Assembly: GCA_963664195.1 (NCBI GenBank) | Contig: OY760907.1 | Location: 1,888,001-1,952,000 of the forward strand | Direction: 5' to 3' | Source: an uncultured candidate division Zixibacteria bacterium | Lineage (GTDB): Bacteria; Zixibacteria; MSB-5A5; GN15; FEB-12 | Length of the DNA: 64,000 nucleotides | Part shown: in pieces, positions 21,216 to 30,952 of the stretch | Numbering within the stretch: the stretch's first letter is position 1 | Layout of the letters: each line of letters begins with the position of its first letter | The notes under the pieces: model-generated | Databases searched by the model: none | What the model was told of the DNA's origin: nothing | What the model saw: only the letters and a program-made list of their open reading frames with translations | Program-made: the position numbers and the translations under genes

Positions 21216-21410
21216 ATTGTCCTACTCTGTGGTTGCGGCTTATGCATTGCCCCTTGAATGATACGGACCACGAGGCGGATACACAATCGCCTTTCGTCCC
21301 TGAACGGGGAGAGAAATAAGTAGGAGAAAGACGACATCATAGGTATTATATGTGAGGCGAGGTCGTATTCGGTTGTGGAACCACGCCGGCCAGAAGTTGT
21401 TAAGAGGAAG

Positions 21411-21842
21411 ATGAGGAATCAGGCGCACATATTCGAGTTCGACCGGACCGACTGGCTCAGGGCCGCCGTGGTCCTTACGATCATATCCGCCATTTTGTGC
21501 GCGCCCCTGACTGCCTTTCCCTCGGCCAGATCGACCGGTTGCGGTTGCTCGATCGATGGAGCCTCCTGTTGCTGCTGCCCTGAAGCATCGGAACCCTCTG
21601 CCGATTCCGGGCTTGAAAACCGTTGTGGCTGCCGCGTGGAGTCCGATCCGTATCCCGTTCCTCTGCCGATTCCGACCGGCATCCAGCCCGACCTCACCCA
21701 GGACCTCTCCGCCAGCCAGGAGATAGAATCATCTCCGTTCCCGGGCGAGCCGGTGGTGGTAGGGAGAATCATCTGCTCGATTCAATCACCGAGTGTCAAC
21801 GGTCCACCTGCGTATATCGCTAACTCCGCTCTATTAATCTAG
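21411..21842 (+). CDS. Cys-rich leader protein (DUF2946-like layout) upstream of cusCBA
   Basis: N-terminal TM, GCGC..SCCCCP..RCGC cluster, C-terminal NGPP followed by a short hydrophobic tail. Confidence 0.65.
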   Translation: MRNQAHIFEFDRTDWLRAAVVLTIISAILCAPLTAFPSARSTGCGCSIDGASCCCCPEASEPSADSGLENRCGCRVESDPYPVPLPIPTGIQPDLTQDLSASQEIESSPFPGEPVVVGRIICSIQSPSVNGPPAYIANSALLI

Positions 21843-21944
21843 ACAGGCTTCTCTGATGTATCCGTGGAAAGCCGCACCTTTGCCGTAACAGGCGGGGAGC
21901 GATGTTCTTCTGGCTATTAATCTTCAGAACAGGTCTGTCTTTAT

Positions 21945-23252
21945 ATGTGTAAGTTCACTATCTGTGTCAGCCTGTGGCTGGCCGCATGTGCAGTCATCTC
22001 GCAGAGTCCCTCGCGGGTTCTGGCGTCGACGGAATCGGGTACGCCCGTACTGGATTCTCTGATCTCCGTCGCTTTGGAAAAGAATCCCTCGGTGGTATCG
22101 GCGGGTCATCGTCACGAATCGGTCCGGTACGCTGCCCGTGCCTCGGGAAGTCTCCCCGATCCGCAGTTGTCGGTCGCTCTCTCGAACCTGCCGAAGGGAT
22201 CCCTGAGTCTCAGCGAGACCCCCATGTCCGGCATCGCGATCGGGCTTTCTCAGCAGATTCCCTGGCCCGGAAAACTGGGTGCGAAGAGCAGACTGGCGGA
22301 GCTTGAGGCGGATATCTCCAGGCTCGAAACGAAGAGTATCCGTGACGACGTCGTAGCGGCGATCACGACCGCATACTATCAGTATGTCTATCGGGTCGAG
22401 GAGGAGCGTATCCTTGTGCAGAATGTCGGCCTGGTTGAGGCTATGGCGGAGGTTGCCCGCACCAATTATGAAAACGGAACGGGGACCGCCCAGGATCTTC
22501 TCCGCGCCCGGACAACCATTGCCAAGCTGGAAAACCGAATCGCCGAAGCTCAACAGATACAGACCTCCTCGCTGGTTCTAATCGGCGGACTGACCGACAA
22601 CATGTCGACCGTACCAACGGATCTGACGGTTGTCCTGCCCGATATGATTCCTCTCAGTTCGGTCGACACGTATCTCGCGGCGGCTTCCTCGGACAACCCG
22701 CAGCTCGCCCGGGCTGAAGTTCGCACCGACCAAGCCTCGGCTCGAAAATCGCTGGTGAAAGCAGCGTACTGGCCGGACATTATGCTCGGTTTGGAGTATC
22801 GAATAAGGGACAACGGCCTGTTGATGGATCCGGTCGAAGGCCGGGATTTCTTGTCGGCCAAAGTTTCACTGTCGCTTCCGCTCTGGTTCTCCCGCAAACA
22901 GAAGAACAATAGTCGAGCTGCCGAGGCGGCGCTCCAGGCCTCCAGATCACAACGCCTCGCGACTGAGCGTCGTCTGGAATACGAAATACGCGACAGCTAC
23001 CAAACGCTCTCTCGCCTCGTTGAAAACTTCCGTCGATACGACCGGGAGATCATTCCCCTTGCGGAGACCGCGGTGGAATCGGCCGACATCAGCTACCGGG
23101 TCGGCCAACTCGATTTCGTGCATCTGCTTTCTGCGCAGCTTGAACTGCTGGATGCCAGATTGCAGCGGGTACATATTCTTGCCACCTGGCATCAGCAACT
23201 CGCCGTTTTGGAAGAACTGTCGGGCCTGTCACACAGAGAGGTGATCCAATGA
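21945..23252 (+). CDS. cusC: TolC-family outer-membrane factor of heavy-metal RND system
   Basis: ALEKNPS, LPDPQL, QQIPWPGKL, two OEP repeats; operon with cusB/cusA homologues. Confidence 0.88.
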   Translation: MCKFTICVSLWLAACAVISQSPSRVLASTESGTPVLDSLISVALEKNPSVVSAGHRHESVRYAARASGSLPDPQLSVALSNLPKGSLSLSETPMSGIAIGLSQQIPWPGKLGAKSRLAELEADISRLETKSIRDDVVAAITTAYYQYVYRVEEERILVQNVGLVEAMAEVARTNYENGTGTAQDLLRARTTIAKLENRIAEAQQIQTSSLVLIGGLTDNMSTVPTDLTVVLPDMIPLSSVDTYLAAASSDNPQLARAEVRTDQASARKSLVKAAYWPDIMLGLEYRIRDNGLLMDPVEGRDFLSAKVSLSLPLWFSRKQKNNSRAAEAALQASRSQRLATERRLEYEIRDSYQTLSRLVENFRRYDREIIPLAETAVESADISYRVGQLDFVHLLSAQLELLDARLQRVHILATWHQQLAVLEELSGLSHREVIQ

Positions 23253-24775
23253 AAACCATCGTCGTCATCATAATCGCTTTAGCTGCCGGCCTCGGATCCG
23301 GCTACGTTCTCTTTCAGGGGCATGACTCCCTGGAAGCTGCTGCAGGGCCTCTGAAACAACTCTATAGCTGCGGTATGCACCCGGAAATCATCTCCGAGGA
23401 TCCGGGCTACTGTCCTATCTGCGGGATGAAACTTACGCCAAGGAGAGACGAAGGAGGGGACGGTCACGGCAGCCTGGTTATCGATCCGTCTACCCGCCAG
23501 AACATGGGCGTCAGGACTGCGGAGGCAACCTACCGCCCACTTTCGCGACGAATCCGTGTCTTCGGCAAGATCGACATCGCGGAGCCGATGATTCAATCAG
23601 TGAATCTGAAGTTCCCCGGATGGGTGGAGCGGTTGTTTGTCGACCACGAGGGAGAAGAGGCCGTTGAGGGACAGCCTCTTCTGGAGATATACTCCCCTGA
23701 ACTGGTGGCGGCTCAGAAGGAGTTTCTGGTCGCACTGCGAAGCGCCCCGGACTCCGGAGCGGGCGACTCCCACATGGCTGAACTGTCGGAGGCTTCGAGC
23801 CATCGCCTCGAAAACTGGGACATTTCTGCCGATCAAATAGAGCGCCTTCGCGAATCCGGTGAGATCCAACGAACGATGATCGTACAGTCCCCCGCGACCG
23901 GGGTTGTTGTTTCCAAATCTGTTGTCCACGGTGACCTCCTCAAACCCGGCACGATACTTTATCAGATAGCAGATATTTCGCGGGTCTGGGCGGTGGGCCA
24001 TGCCTATGAACAGGATCTGCCGTATATCAGCGTGGGGAGCAGGGCTGCAGTTGTGCTGCCTCACCTGTCTCAAAGGCAGGTAGAAGGATTCGTTAGCTAC
24101 GTCTCTCCGTATCTCGACGTGCACGGGCAGGCAGAGATCAGAATCGACCTGGACAACGCCGACCTGTCGCTCAAACCTGAAATGTACGCAGAGATTACCC
24201 TTGAGTCTGAAGCAGGCGACAAGTCGCTGACTATTCCACGTCTGGCCATTATCAACTCCGGCGACCGCGAGATAGTCTATGTCTGTTTCGACGACGGTTC
24301 GTTTGAACCCCGCACCGTCAAGACAGGTGCCGTGGGAGACGGCGATCTTATCGAAGTTGTTTCGGGACTCCAGGCGGGTGAGCTCGTAGTAACGTCCGGC
24401 CAGTTCTTGCTGGACTCAGAATCCCGACTCAGCGAAGCAATTGATCTTCCGCGTCAGCATGACCACGGGTCGTCTCCTGCCGGTGGTAACGAGACGTCAA
24501 AAGGTCACTCCGGGCACGACCCGGCCGGGTTGAGCGGTATCTACACTTGTCCGATGCCGTCGCACTTCGATGTCCTTCAGTACGGCGAGGGAGACTGCGC
24601 CAGATGCGGCATGGCTCTGGTGCCGGTCGAGGAGACCGAGAACACCGAGGTATATCGATGTCCCATGCGAGAGTGCGCCTACGTGCGCAGCACTGACGAT
24701 CCATGCTCCGTCTGCGGAATGCCGACCAAAAAACTGGACCGAACCGACACAGGGAACAGAGTGAACCATGATTAA
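23249..24775 (+). CDS. cusB: CusB-like periplasmic adaptor with three Cys/Met heavy-metal-binding modules
   Basis: YSCGMHP..CPICGM; YSPELVAAQKEF; GQFLLDSESRL; C-terminal YTCPMP..CARCGM and YRCPM..CSVCGM. Confidence 0.9.
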   Translation: MKTIVVIIIALAAGLGSGYVLFQGHDSLEAAAGPLKQLYSCGMHPEIISEDPGYCPICGMKLTPRRDEGGDGHGSLVIDPSTRQNMGVRTAEATYRPLSRRIRVFGKIDIAEPMIQSVNLKFPGWVERLFVDHEGEEAVEGQPLLEIYSPELVAAQKEFLVALRSAPDSGAGDSHMAELSEASSHRLENWDISADQIERLRESGEIQRTMIVQSPATGVVVSKSVVHGDLLKPGTILYQIADISRVWAVGHAYEQDLPYISVGSRAAVVLPHLSQRQVEGFVSYVSPYLDVHGQAEIRIDLDNADLSLKPEMYAEITLESEAGDKSLTIPRLAIINSGDREIVYVCFDDGSFEPRTVKTGAVGDGDLIEVVSGLQAGELVVTSGQFLLDSESRLSEAIDLPRQHDHGSSPAGGNETSKGHSGHDPAGLSGIYTCPMPSHFDVLQYGEGDCARCGMALVPVEETENTEVYRCPMRECAYVRSTDDPCSVCGMPTKKLDRTDTGNRVNHD

Positions 24776-27700
24776 CAGAATCATTGAATACTCCGTCAAT
24801 AACCGTTGGCTGGTGCTTGCGATCACTGCGTTCGTCCTCCTGGCTGGCGTGTACGCCGCAAATGAGATTGCGGTTGATGCTATCCCGGACCTCTCCGACG
24901 TGCAGGTCATCGTCCAGACCAACTACACCGGGCAACCGCCACAGGTTGTCGAGGACCAGGTCACATATCCCCTGTCGACTGCCATGTTGGCCGTTCCCGG
25001 AGCAGAATCAGTCCGCGGATACTCGTATTTCGGCCTTTCCTTCGTTTACATCATATTCGAGGACGGAACCGATATCTACTGGGCCCGAAGCCGCGTGCTG
25101 GAGTACCTCAACAGCCTGGCCGGTCGACTTCCGGAAGGAGTGACGCCGCAATTGGGTCCCGATGCCACCGGCGTCGGCTGGGTGTATCAGTACACGCTGG
25201 TGGACAGTTCCGGCGCTCACGATCTGGCCGATCTTCGCTCAATCCAGGATTGGTTCCTCAAGTACGAATTGTCCACGGTTCCCGGCGTATCCGAGGTTGC
25301 ATCAGTGGGCGGATTCGTACGCCAGTACCAGATTGAGGTTGACCCACAGAAGCTCGAATTTTACGGCATTCCGATCAATCACGTGATCAACGCCGTGAAA
25401 CGGTCAAGCAGTGCGGTCGGCGGCAAACTGATCGAGCTGGGAGAAACCGAGTTTATGGTGCGAAGTCAGGCGTACATAGGCGACCTGGACGATCTGCGCG
25501 GCATTCCCGTCCATATCTCCTCCAGCGGCGCCCCTGTGTTGCTCTCCTCTGTGGCCAACGTTACGTTCGGTCCCGATATCCGCAGAGGGCTGGTCGAACT
25601 CGACGGGGAGGGGGAGACCGTCGGTGGCATTGTCGTTATGCGCTGGGGAGAGAATGCGCGAAAGGTTATCGACGCCGTCAAGAAGAAATTGGACGAACTA
25701 CGATCCGGATTGCCTCCCGGCCTGGAGATTGTCCCCGTCTATGATCGCTCGGACCTGATTGACCGCGCGACCGAGACTCTATGGACGACTCTCGTCAAAG
25801 AGATGATTGTGGTTATCATAATCACGCTGCTGTTCCTGCTCCACGTCCGTTCGACCTTCGTGGCTGTTTTTACTCTTCCTGCAGGTGTCCTCCTGTCCGT
25901 GCTCGCGATGCATCTCCTGGGGATAAACGCCAATATCATGTCACTGGGAGGAATTGCGATTGCCATCGGCGTAATGGTCGATGCGGCCGTGGTCATGGTC
26001 GAAAACGCCCACAAGCACCTGGAGCAGCCGGGTGGAGAAAAGGACCGTCTCGCGGCGATCATCCGGGCCGCGCGCGAGGTAGGTCCGGCGCTGTTCTTTT
26101 CACTGCTCATAATCACCATATCGTTTTTGCCGGTACTGGCGCTGGAGGGGCAGTCAGGACGCTTGTTCAGACCGCTGGCATATACCAAGACGTTCGCAAT
26201 GGCGGCCTCGGCATTGCTGTCAATCACGGTCATTCCCGCCATGATTGCCCTGTTCATCAAAGGACATATGGTTCCCGAATCACGCAACCCGATATCCAGG
26301 ATTTCAATCGCGGTCTACCGCCCGATAATGAACTGGGTTCTGCGCTTCAAAACGCTCGTAATCATCCTCGCTCTGGTCGGCATGGGGCTGACCGTCATTC
26401 CTCTGCGGCAGATTGGCAGCGAGTTCATGCCGCCCCTTTACGAGGGCGATCTGCTGTATATGCCGACCACGTTGCCCGGAATATCAATAAGCAAGGCGCG
26501 CGAACTCCTCCAACTGACCGACCGGATCATCGCCTCGTTTCCTGAGGTAAAACGGGTTCTCGGAAAGGTCGGCCGAGCGGAAACCGCAACTGATCCGGCC
26601 CCGCTGACCATGCTTGAGACGACTATCATGCTGAAACCGGAAGAGGAATGGCGCCCCGGCATGACACCGGAGAAACTGATCGACTCACTCGATCGGGCTA
26701 TCCAGTTCCCCGGGCTGACCAACGCCTGGACAATGCCTATCCGCACGCGTATCGACATGCTGGCGACCGGCATCAAAACGCCTGTCGGCATCAAGATCAT
26801 GGGGGCCGATCTTGATAGCCTCAACGCAATCGGCAAACGGATTGAATCGATCATCAAGAAGGTCCCCGGTACGAGATCCGTTTATGCCGAGCGAGTGACC
26901 GGAGGCAACTATCTCGATATCGATATTGACCGTAACCTTGCCGCCTCGTACGGTCTTCGCGTTGCCGACGTCCATGACGTCGTCAAATCTGCCATCGGCG
27001 GTATGAACGTGGCCAGAACAGTCGAAGGTCTCGAACGGTATCCCATAAGCGTGAGATATCCTCGTGAACTCCGCGACAGTCCTGAGAGCCTGGCACGAAC
27101 CGTTCTTTTCACTCCTGAGGGCCGCCGCGTGCAGCTTGGCGAGATTGCCGAGATCGGGTTCAACAAGGGAGCGGTGATGATCAAGTCGGAAAACGCCCGG
27201 CCCACCGTCTGGGTGTACGTTGATCTTGACCACGGCGATGTAGGCGGCTACGTGCAGGAAGCGAGACAGGTGATTGAGCAGCAACTTATTCTGCCAGGCG
27301 GCTACTCGATTGTCTGGTCCGGCCAGTTCGAGAATATGCAGGAAGTAGAGGAGCGTCTGCGGGTGATTGTGCCGTTGACCGTCTTTGTTATTTTCCTGCT
27401 GCTCTACCTGCACTTCCGAAGTCTGACCAGTTGTCTGATTGTGATGCTGTCCCTGCCGTTCGCCCTCGTTGGCGGCGTTTGGCTGTTCTACCTCTGCGGC
27501 TTCAATTCATCGGTGGCCGTCATGGTCGGTTTCATCGCGCTGGCAGGATTGGCGGCCGAAACGGGCATCGTAATGCTGGTCTATCTCGACGAAGCTCTTG
27601 GCCGTTATCGGAAGGAAGGGAGACTCAACTCGGTCGTGGATCTGAGGGCTGCCGTGATTGAAGGGGCAGTAGGGCGGGTTCGTCCGAAACTTATGACGGT

Positions 27701-27878
27701 CGCAACTACCGTGATTGCCCTCTTACCCATCATGTTCGGCCACGGCACCGGATCGGAGGTCATGCAACGCATTGCCGCCCCCATGATTGGCGGATTAGCG
27801 ACGTCCACGCTGCTGACCCTCATTATTGTTCCGGTTCTCTTCTACTTGGTTCATGCAAAATCCGTCGCCTCAAGATGA
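24768..27878 (+). CDS. cusA: CusA/CzcA-family Cu(I)/Ag(I) RND permease
   Basis: DAIPDLSDVQVI, GPDATGVGWVYQY, AIGVMVDA, EFMPPLYEGDLLYMP, RVRPKLMT. Confidence 0.96.
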   Translation: MINRIIEYSVNNRWLVLAITAFVLLAGVYAANEIAVDAIPDLSDVQVIVQTNYTGQPPQVVEDQVTYPLSTAMLAVPGAESVRGYSYFGLSFVYIIFEDGTDIYWARSRVLEYLNSLAGRLPEGVTPQLGPDATGVGWVYQYTLVDSSGAHDLADLRSIQDWFLKYELSTVPGVSEVASVGGFVRQYQIEVDPQKLEFYGIPINHVINAVKRSSSAVGGKLIELGETEFMVRSQAYIGDLDDLRGIPVHISSSGAPVLLSSVANVTFGPDIRRGLVELDGEGETVGGIVVMRWGENARKVIDAVKKKLDELRSGLPPGLEIVPVYDRSDLIDRATETLWTTLVKEMIVVIIITLLFLLHVRSTFVAVFTLPAGVLLSVLAMHLLGINANIMSLGGIAIAIGVMVDAAVVMVENAHKHLEQPGGEKDRLAAIIRAAREVGPALFFSLLIITISFLPVLALEGQSGRLFRPLAYTKTFAMAASALLSITVIPAMIALFIKGHMVPESRNPISRISIAVYRPIMNWVLRFKTLVIILALVGMGLTVIPLRQIGSEFMPPLYEGDLLYMPTTLPGISISKARELLQLTDRIIASFPEVKRVLGKVGRAETATDPAPLTMLETTIMLKPEEEWRPGMTPEKLIDSLDRAIQFPGLTNAWTMPIRTRIDMLATGIKTPVGIKIMGADLDSLNAIGKRIESIIKKVPGTRSVYAERVTGGNYLDIDIDRNLAASYGLRVADVHDVVKSAIGGMNVARTVEGLERYPISVRYPRELRDSPESLARTVLFTPEGRRVQLGEIAEIGFNKGAVMIKSENARPTVWVYVDLDHGDVGGYVQEARQVIEQQLILPGGYSIVWSGQFENMQEVEERLRVIVPLTVFVIFLLLYLHFRSLTSCLIVMLSLPFALVGGVWLFYLCGFNSSVAVMVGFIALAGLAAETGIVMLVYLDEALGRYRKEGRLNSVVDLRAAVIEGAVGRVRPKLMTVATTVIALLPIMFGHGTGSEVMQRIAAPMIGGLATSTLLTLIIVPVLFYLVHAKSVASR

Positions 27879-27953
27879 AAGGCGACGGATAAGCGTGCCC
27901 AAAGATGGCAATTGTCTGTCTTTTTTTGTCTGTGAGTGAGGAATCACTAACAA

Positions 27954-27997
27954 TGTGATGCTATTCACTTGCATTGATTTTTCAATCCTGCTATGTT
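27954..27997 (+). promoter_or_regulatory. Putative sigma70 promoter with overlapping CRP/Rex-like box
   Basis: TGTGA-N6-TCACT (27954-27969) abutting TTGCAT-17 nt-TATGTT. Confidence 0.5.
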
Positions 27998-28109
27998 GAC
28001 AACATAGAAGCTAGCGTGGATTGATACTCTCTACGCTGTGGGGTTTCCGGGTCGGTAGTGTGTTGTGTCGGCCCGGTGGACGTTTCCGGGTTTTCTAAGG
28101 GGCCTGCGT

Positions 28110-30890
28110 ATGACATTGGGGACTTTTTGGCGCTGCCTCGTTGCGGGAATCACTGCATCACTTGTCTGCATCAGTCCGGCTCTCTCTCAAGACGGTGACC
28201 CGCCGGAGACTGAGGCGTGTTTCGATTGCCATGATACCTATGAGGTGGACGGGAAGGACGTCGATTTGGCTGAGGCTCTCGGCCTTTCCACCCACGACGG
28301 CATGGACTGTATTGACTGCCATACGGATATTGAGGAACTCCCGCACAGCGAGGACGGACTTGAGCCGGTAGATTGTGGCCTTTGCCACGACGACGTCGCG
28401 GAGATATACGCCGCAAGCCTGCACGGCCTTCTCGTTCAACAAGGTGAAATGCTGGCGCCCCGGTGTTGGGACTGTCACGGTTCCCATGACATTCGCTACA
28501 CAACCGATCCTCTTGCCCGAACCGCTAAATTCAACATTCCATTCATGTGCGGAAGCTGTCACAAAGAGGGTACTCAAGTCACGCGGAAATACGATATCCC
28601 TGAAGACAGCGTTCTGTTCCATTACTCGCAGAGTATTCACGGTGTGGGGCTGTTCAAGCAGGGCTTGATTGTCACGGCAGTCTGCGTTGACTGTCATACT
28701 GCACACAACGTGCGCAACCATGCCGACCCGACCTCGAGCATCCACAAGAACAACGTCGCCCTGACATGCCAGAAATGCCACGGCCAGATTCAGAAGGTCC
28801 ACCGCAAAGTAATCCGCGGGGAGTTGTGGGAGAAGGAACCCCACAAGGTGCCGGTTTGCGTTGATTGCCATTCGCCTCACCGGATTCGCAGTGTACTGTA
28901 CGAAGAAGGTATGGCTGATCGGCAGTGTCTGGCATGTCATGATAGTCCTGACCTGTCCATGACTCGCGATGGCGAGATTGTCTCTCTGTACGTCGACACC
29001 GTCGAAACACAACACTCGATTCACAAGGGCGTTAGTTGTGCGCAGTGTCACACCGGAGCATCGACCGGACATGATCGTCCGTGCGCCACTATTGCGCCGA
29101 AGGTTGATTGCTCAATCTGTCACACCGACGTTGTCGAACAGTTTGTGACCGGTATCCACGGTTCGCTGGAGGGACGTGGTGATCCTGACGCGCCCGACTG
29201 CGTTGACTGCCACGGTGTCCACAGCGTTCGCGGACACAAGGACCAGCTATCAAGAACATACCCGACCAATATCCCCGCCCTCTGTGCCGAATGTCACGCT
29301 GAGGGGGGAAGGGCATCGGTACGCCTGCCCGACGGACCGCGAGACGTGGTAGCAGAGTATTCCAAGGGAATCCACGGCAAAGGGCTTCTCGAAAGCGGTT
29401 TGGTCGTTACTGCCATGTGTACCGATTGCCACACTGCGCACCACATGCTGCCGGCCAACGACACGGAATCAAGCGTGCACACGAGCAATATCCCGGAGAC
29501 CTGCGCCAAGTGTCACAGCGGCATATACGAAAAGTTCGCCACGTCTATTCACTCACCGGTAATGAACGATACCGAAGACCGTCTTCCCACATGCAGCGAT
29601 TGTCACGAGTCTCACAGCATTGTCAGAGCAGACGAGACCGGCTTCCGGATGACGATCATGTCCCAGTGTGGCGGGTGTCACGAGGATGTTGCCGAATCGT
29701 ACTTCGAGACTTTCCACGGCAAGGTCTCGAAACTGGGGTACGAGGCGGCCGCCCAGTGCTACGATTGTCACGGTTCACACGAAATACTGCCGCCTGACAA
29801 CCCGAACTCCACGCTGTCGCGTCAGAATATCGTGAAAACCTGCGGGGCGTGCCATGAAGGGTCCCACCGTCAGTTTGCCGGTTACCTGACGCACGCCACC
29901 CATCATGACCGGACCAAGTACCCGATTCTGTTTTATACCTTCTGGTTTATGACAGTCCTGTTGCTCGGTACTCTCACCGTAGCCGGGACCCACACGCTTA
30001 TGTGGCTTCCGAGATCCTGGCAGGCGATGAAATCCCACAGAAAGGTGCGCCACGAATCACGCTCGCAGCTTCAGTATCAGCGCTTCAAGCCCTATCAGAG
30101 GCGCATGCATATTCTGGTCGTGATCAGTTTCCTTGGACTGGCACTGACCGGTATGACTCTGAAATTCTCGTACCTTGCGTGGGCGCAATGGATGTCAGGT
30201 GTCATGGGCGGCTTCGAGACTGCGGGATATATCCACCGCATTTGCGCTGTCATAACATTCTTCTACTTCTTCATGCATCTGTTCTATGTGGTCAAGGAGA
30301 AGCGTGAGGAGCGGAAGACGTGGAGACAGTACTTGTTCAACAAGGATTCAATGCTGCCGAACAGGAATGACCTTCGGGAGGCGGTCGGCACGCTCAAATG
30401 GTTTGTGGGTCTTGGCACGCGTCCGAAGTACGGTCGATGGACCTACTGGGAGAAGTTTGACTATTTCGCCGTCTTCTGGGGTGTGGCGATCATCGGGTCA
30501 ACCGGTTTAATGCTCTGGTTCCCGGAGTTCTTTACACTGTTCCTGCCGGGGTGGATTATCAATGTCGCAACCATAATCCACTCCGATGAAGCTCTGTTGG
30601 CCGTGGCCTTCATATTCACGGTCCACTTCTTCAACACGCATTTCCGTCCGGACAAGTTCCCTATGGATACGGTGATTTTCACCGGTCGCGTCCCGGTGGA
30701 GGAATTCAAAGAGGATCGCCCGCGAGAGTATGCGGCGCTGATGGAGAATCGGAAACTGAAAAAGCACCTCGTGCCGCCGCTGCCTGACCCAATAGTCAAA
30801 GGGCTGCGTGTATTCGGGACGGTTGCTCTATTAATAGGACTGTCGCTCATTTTGCTGATACTATACGCGGAGATTTTCGGATATCGGTAG
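28110..30890 (+). CDS. cbcL: CbcL-like fusion: 19-heme periplasmic cytochrome c domain + C-terminal cytochrome b membrane domain
   Basis: 19 CxxCH motifs counted by eye; membrane part with RMHIL, IHRIC, GRWTYWEKFDYFAVFWG, IHSDEALLA, VHFFNTH. Alternative GTG start at 28065. Confidence 0.85.
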   Translation: MTLGTFWRCLVAGITASLVCISPALSQDGDPPETEACFDCHDTYEVDGKDVDLAEALGLSTHDGMDCIDCHTDIEELPHSEDGLEPVDCGLCHDDVAEIYAASLHGLLVQQGEMLAPRCWDCHGSHDIRYTTDPLARTAKFNIPFMCGSCHKEGTQVTRKYDIPEDSVLFHYSQSIHGVGLFKQGLIVTAVCVDCHTAHNVRNHADPTSSIHKNNVALTCQKCHGQIQKVHRKVIRGELWEKEPHKVPVCVDCHSPHRIRSVLYEEGMADRQCLACHDSPDLSMTRDGEIVSLYVDTVETQHSIHKGVSCAQCHTGASTGHDRPCATIAPKVDCSICHTDVVEQFVTGIHGSLEGRGDPDAPDCVDCHGVHSVRGHKDQLSRTYPTNIPALCAECHAEGGRASVRLPDGPRDVVAEYSKGIHGKGLLESGLVVTAMCTDCHTAHHMLPANDTESSVHTSNIPETCAKCHSGIYEKFATSIHSPVMNDTEDRLPTCSDCHESHSIVRADETGFRMTIMSQCGGCHEDVAESYFETFHGKVSKLGYEAAAQCYDCHGSHEILPPDNPNSTLSRQNIVKTCGACHEGSHRQFAGYLTHATHHDRTKYPILFYTFWFMTVLLLGTLTVAGTHTLMWLPRSWQAMKSHRKVRHESRSQLQYQRFKPYQRRMHILVVISFLGLALTGMTLKFSYLAWAQWMSGVMGGFETAGYIHRICAVITFFYFFMHLFYVVKEKREERKTWRQYLFNKDSMLPNRNDLREAVGTLKWFVGLGTRPKYGRWTYWEKFDYFAVFWGVAIIGSTGLMLWFPEFFTLFLPGWIINVATIIHSDEALLAVAFIFTVHFFNTHFRPDKFPMDTVIFTGRVPVEEFKEDRPREYAALMENRKLKKHLVPPLPDPIVKGLRVFGTVALLIGLSLILLILYAEIFGYR

Positions 30891-30952
30891 GTGGTTGTGG
30901 TGGAGCATACAATGTCGATTTCCGGTGCAAGGCTGATATTGGAGTTGAACTT

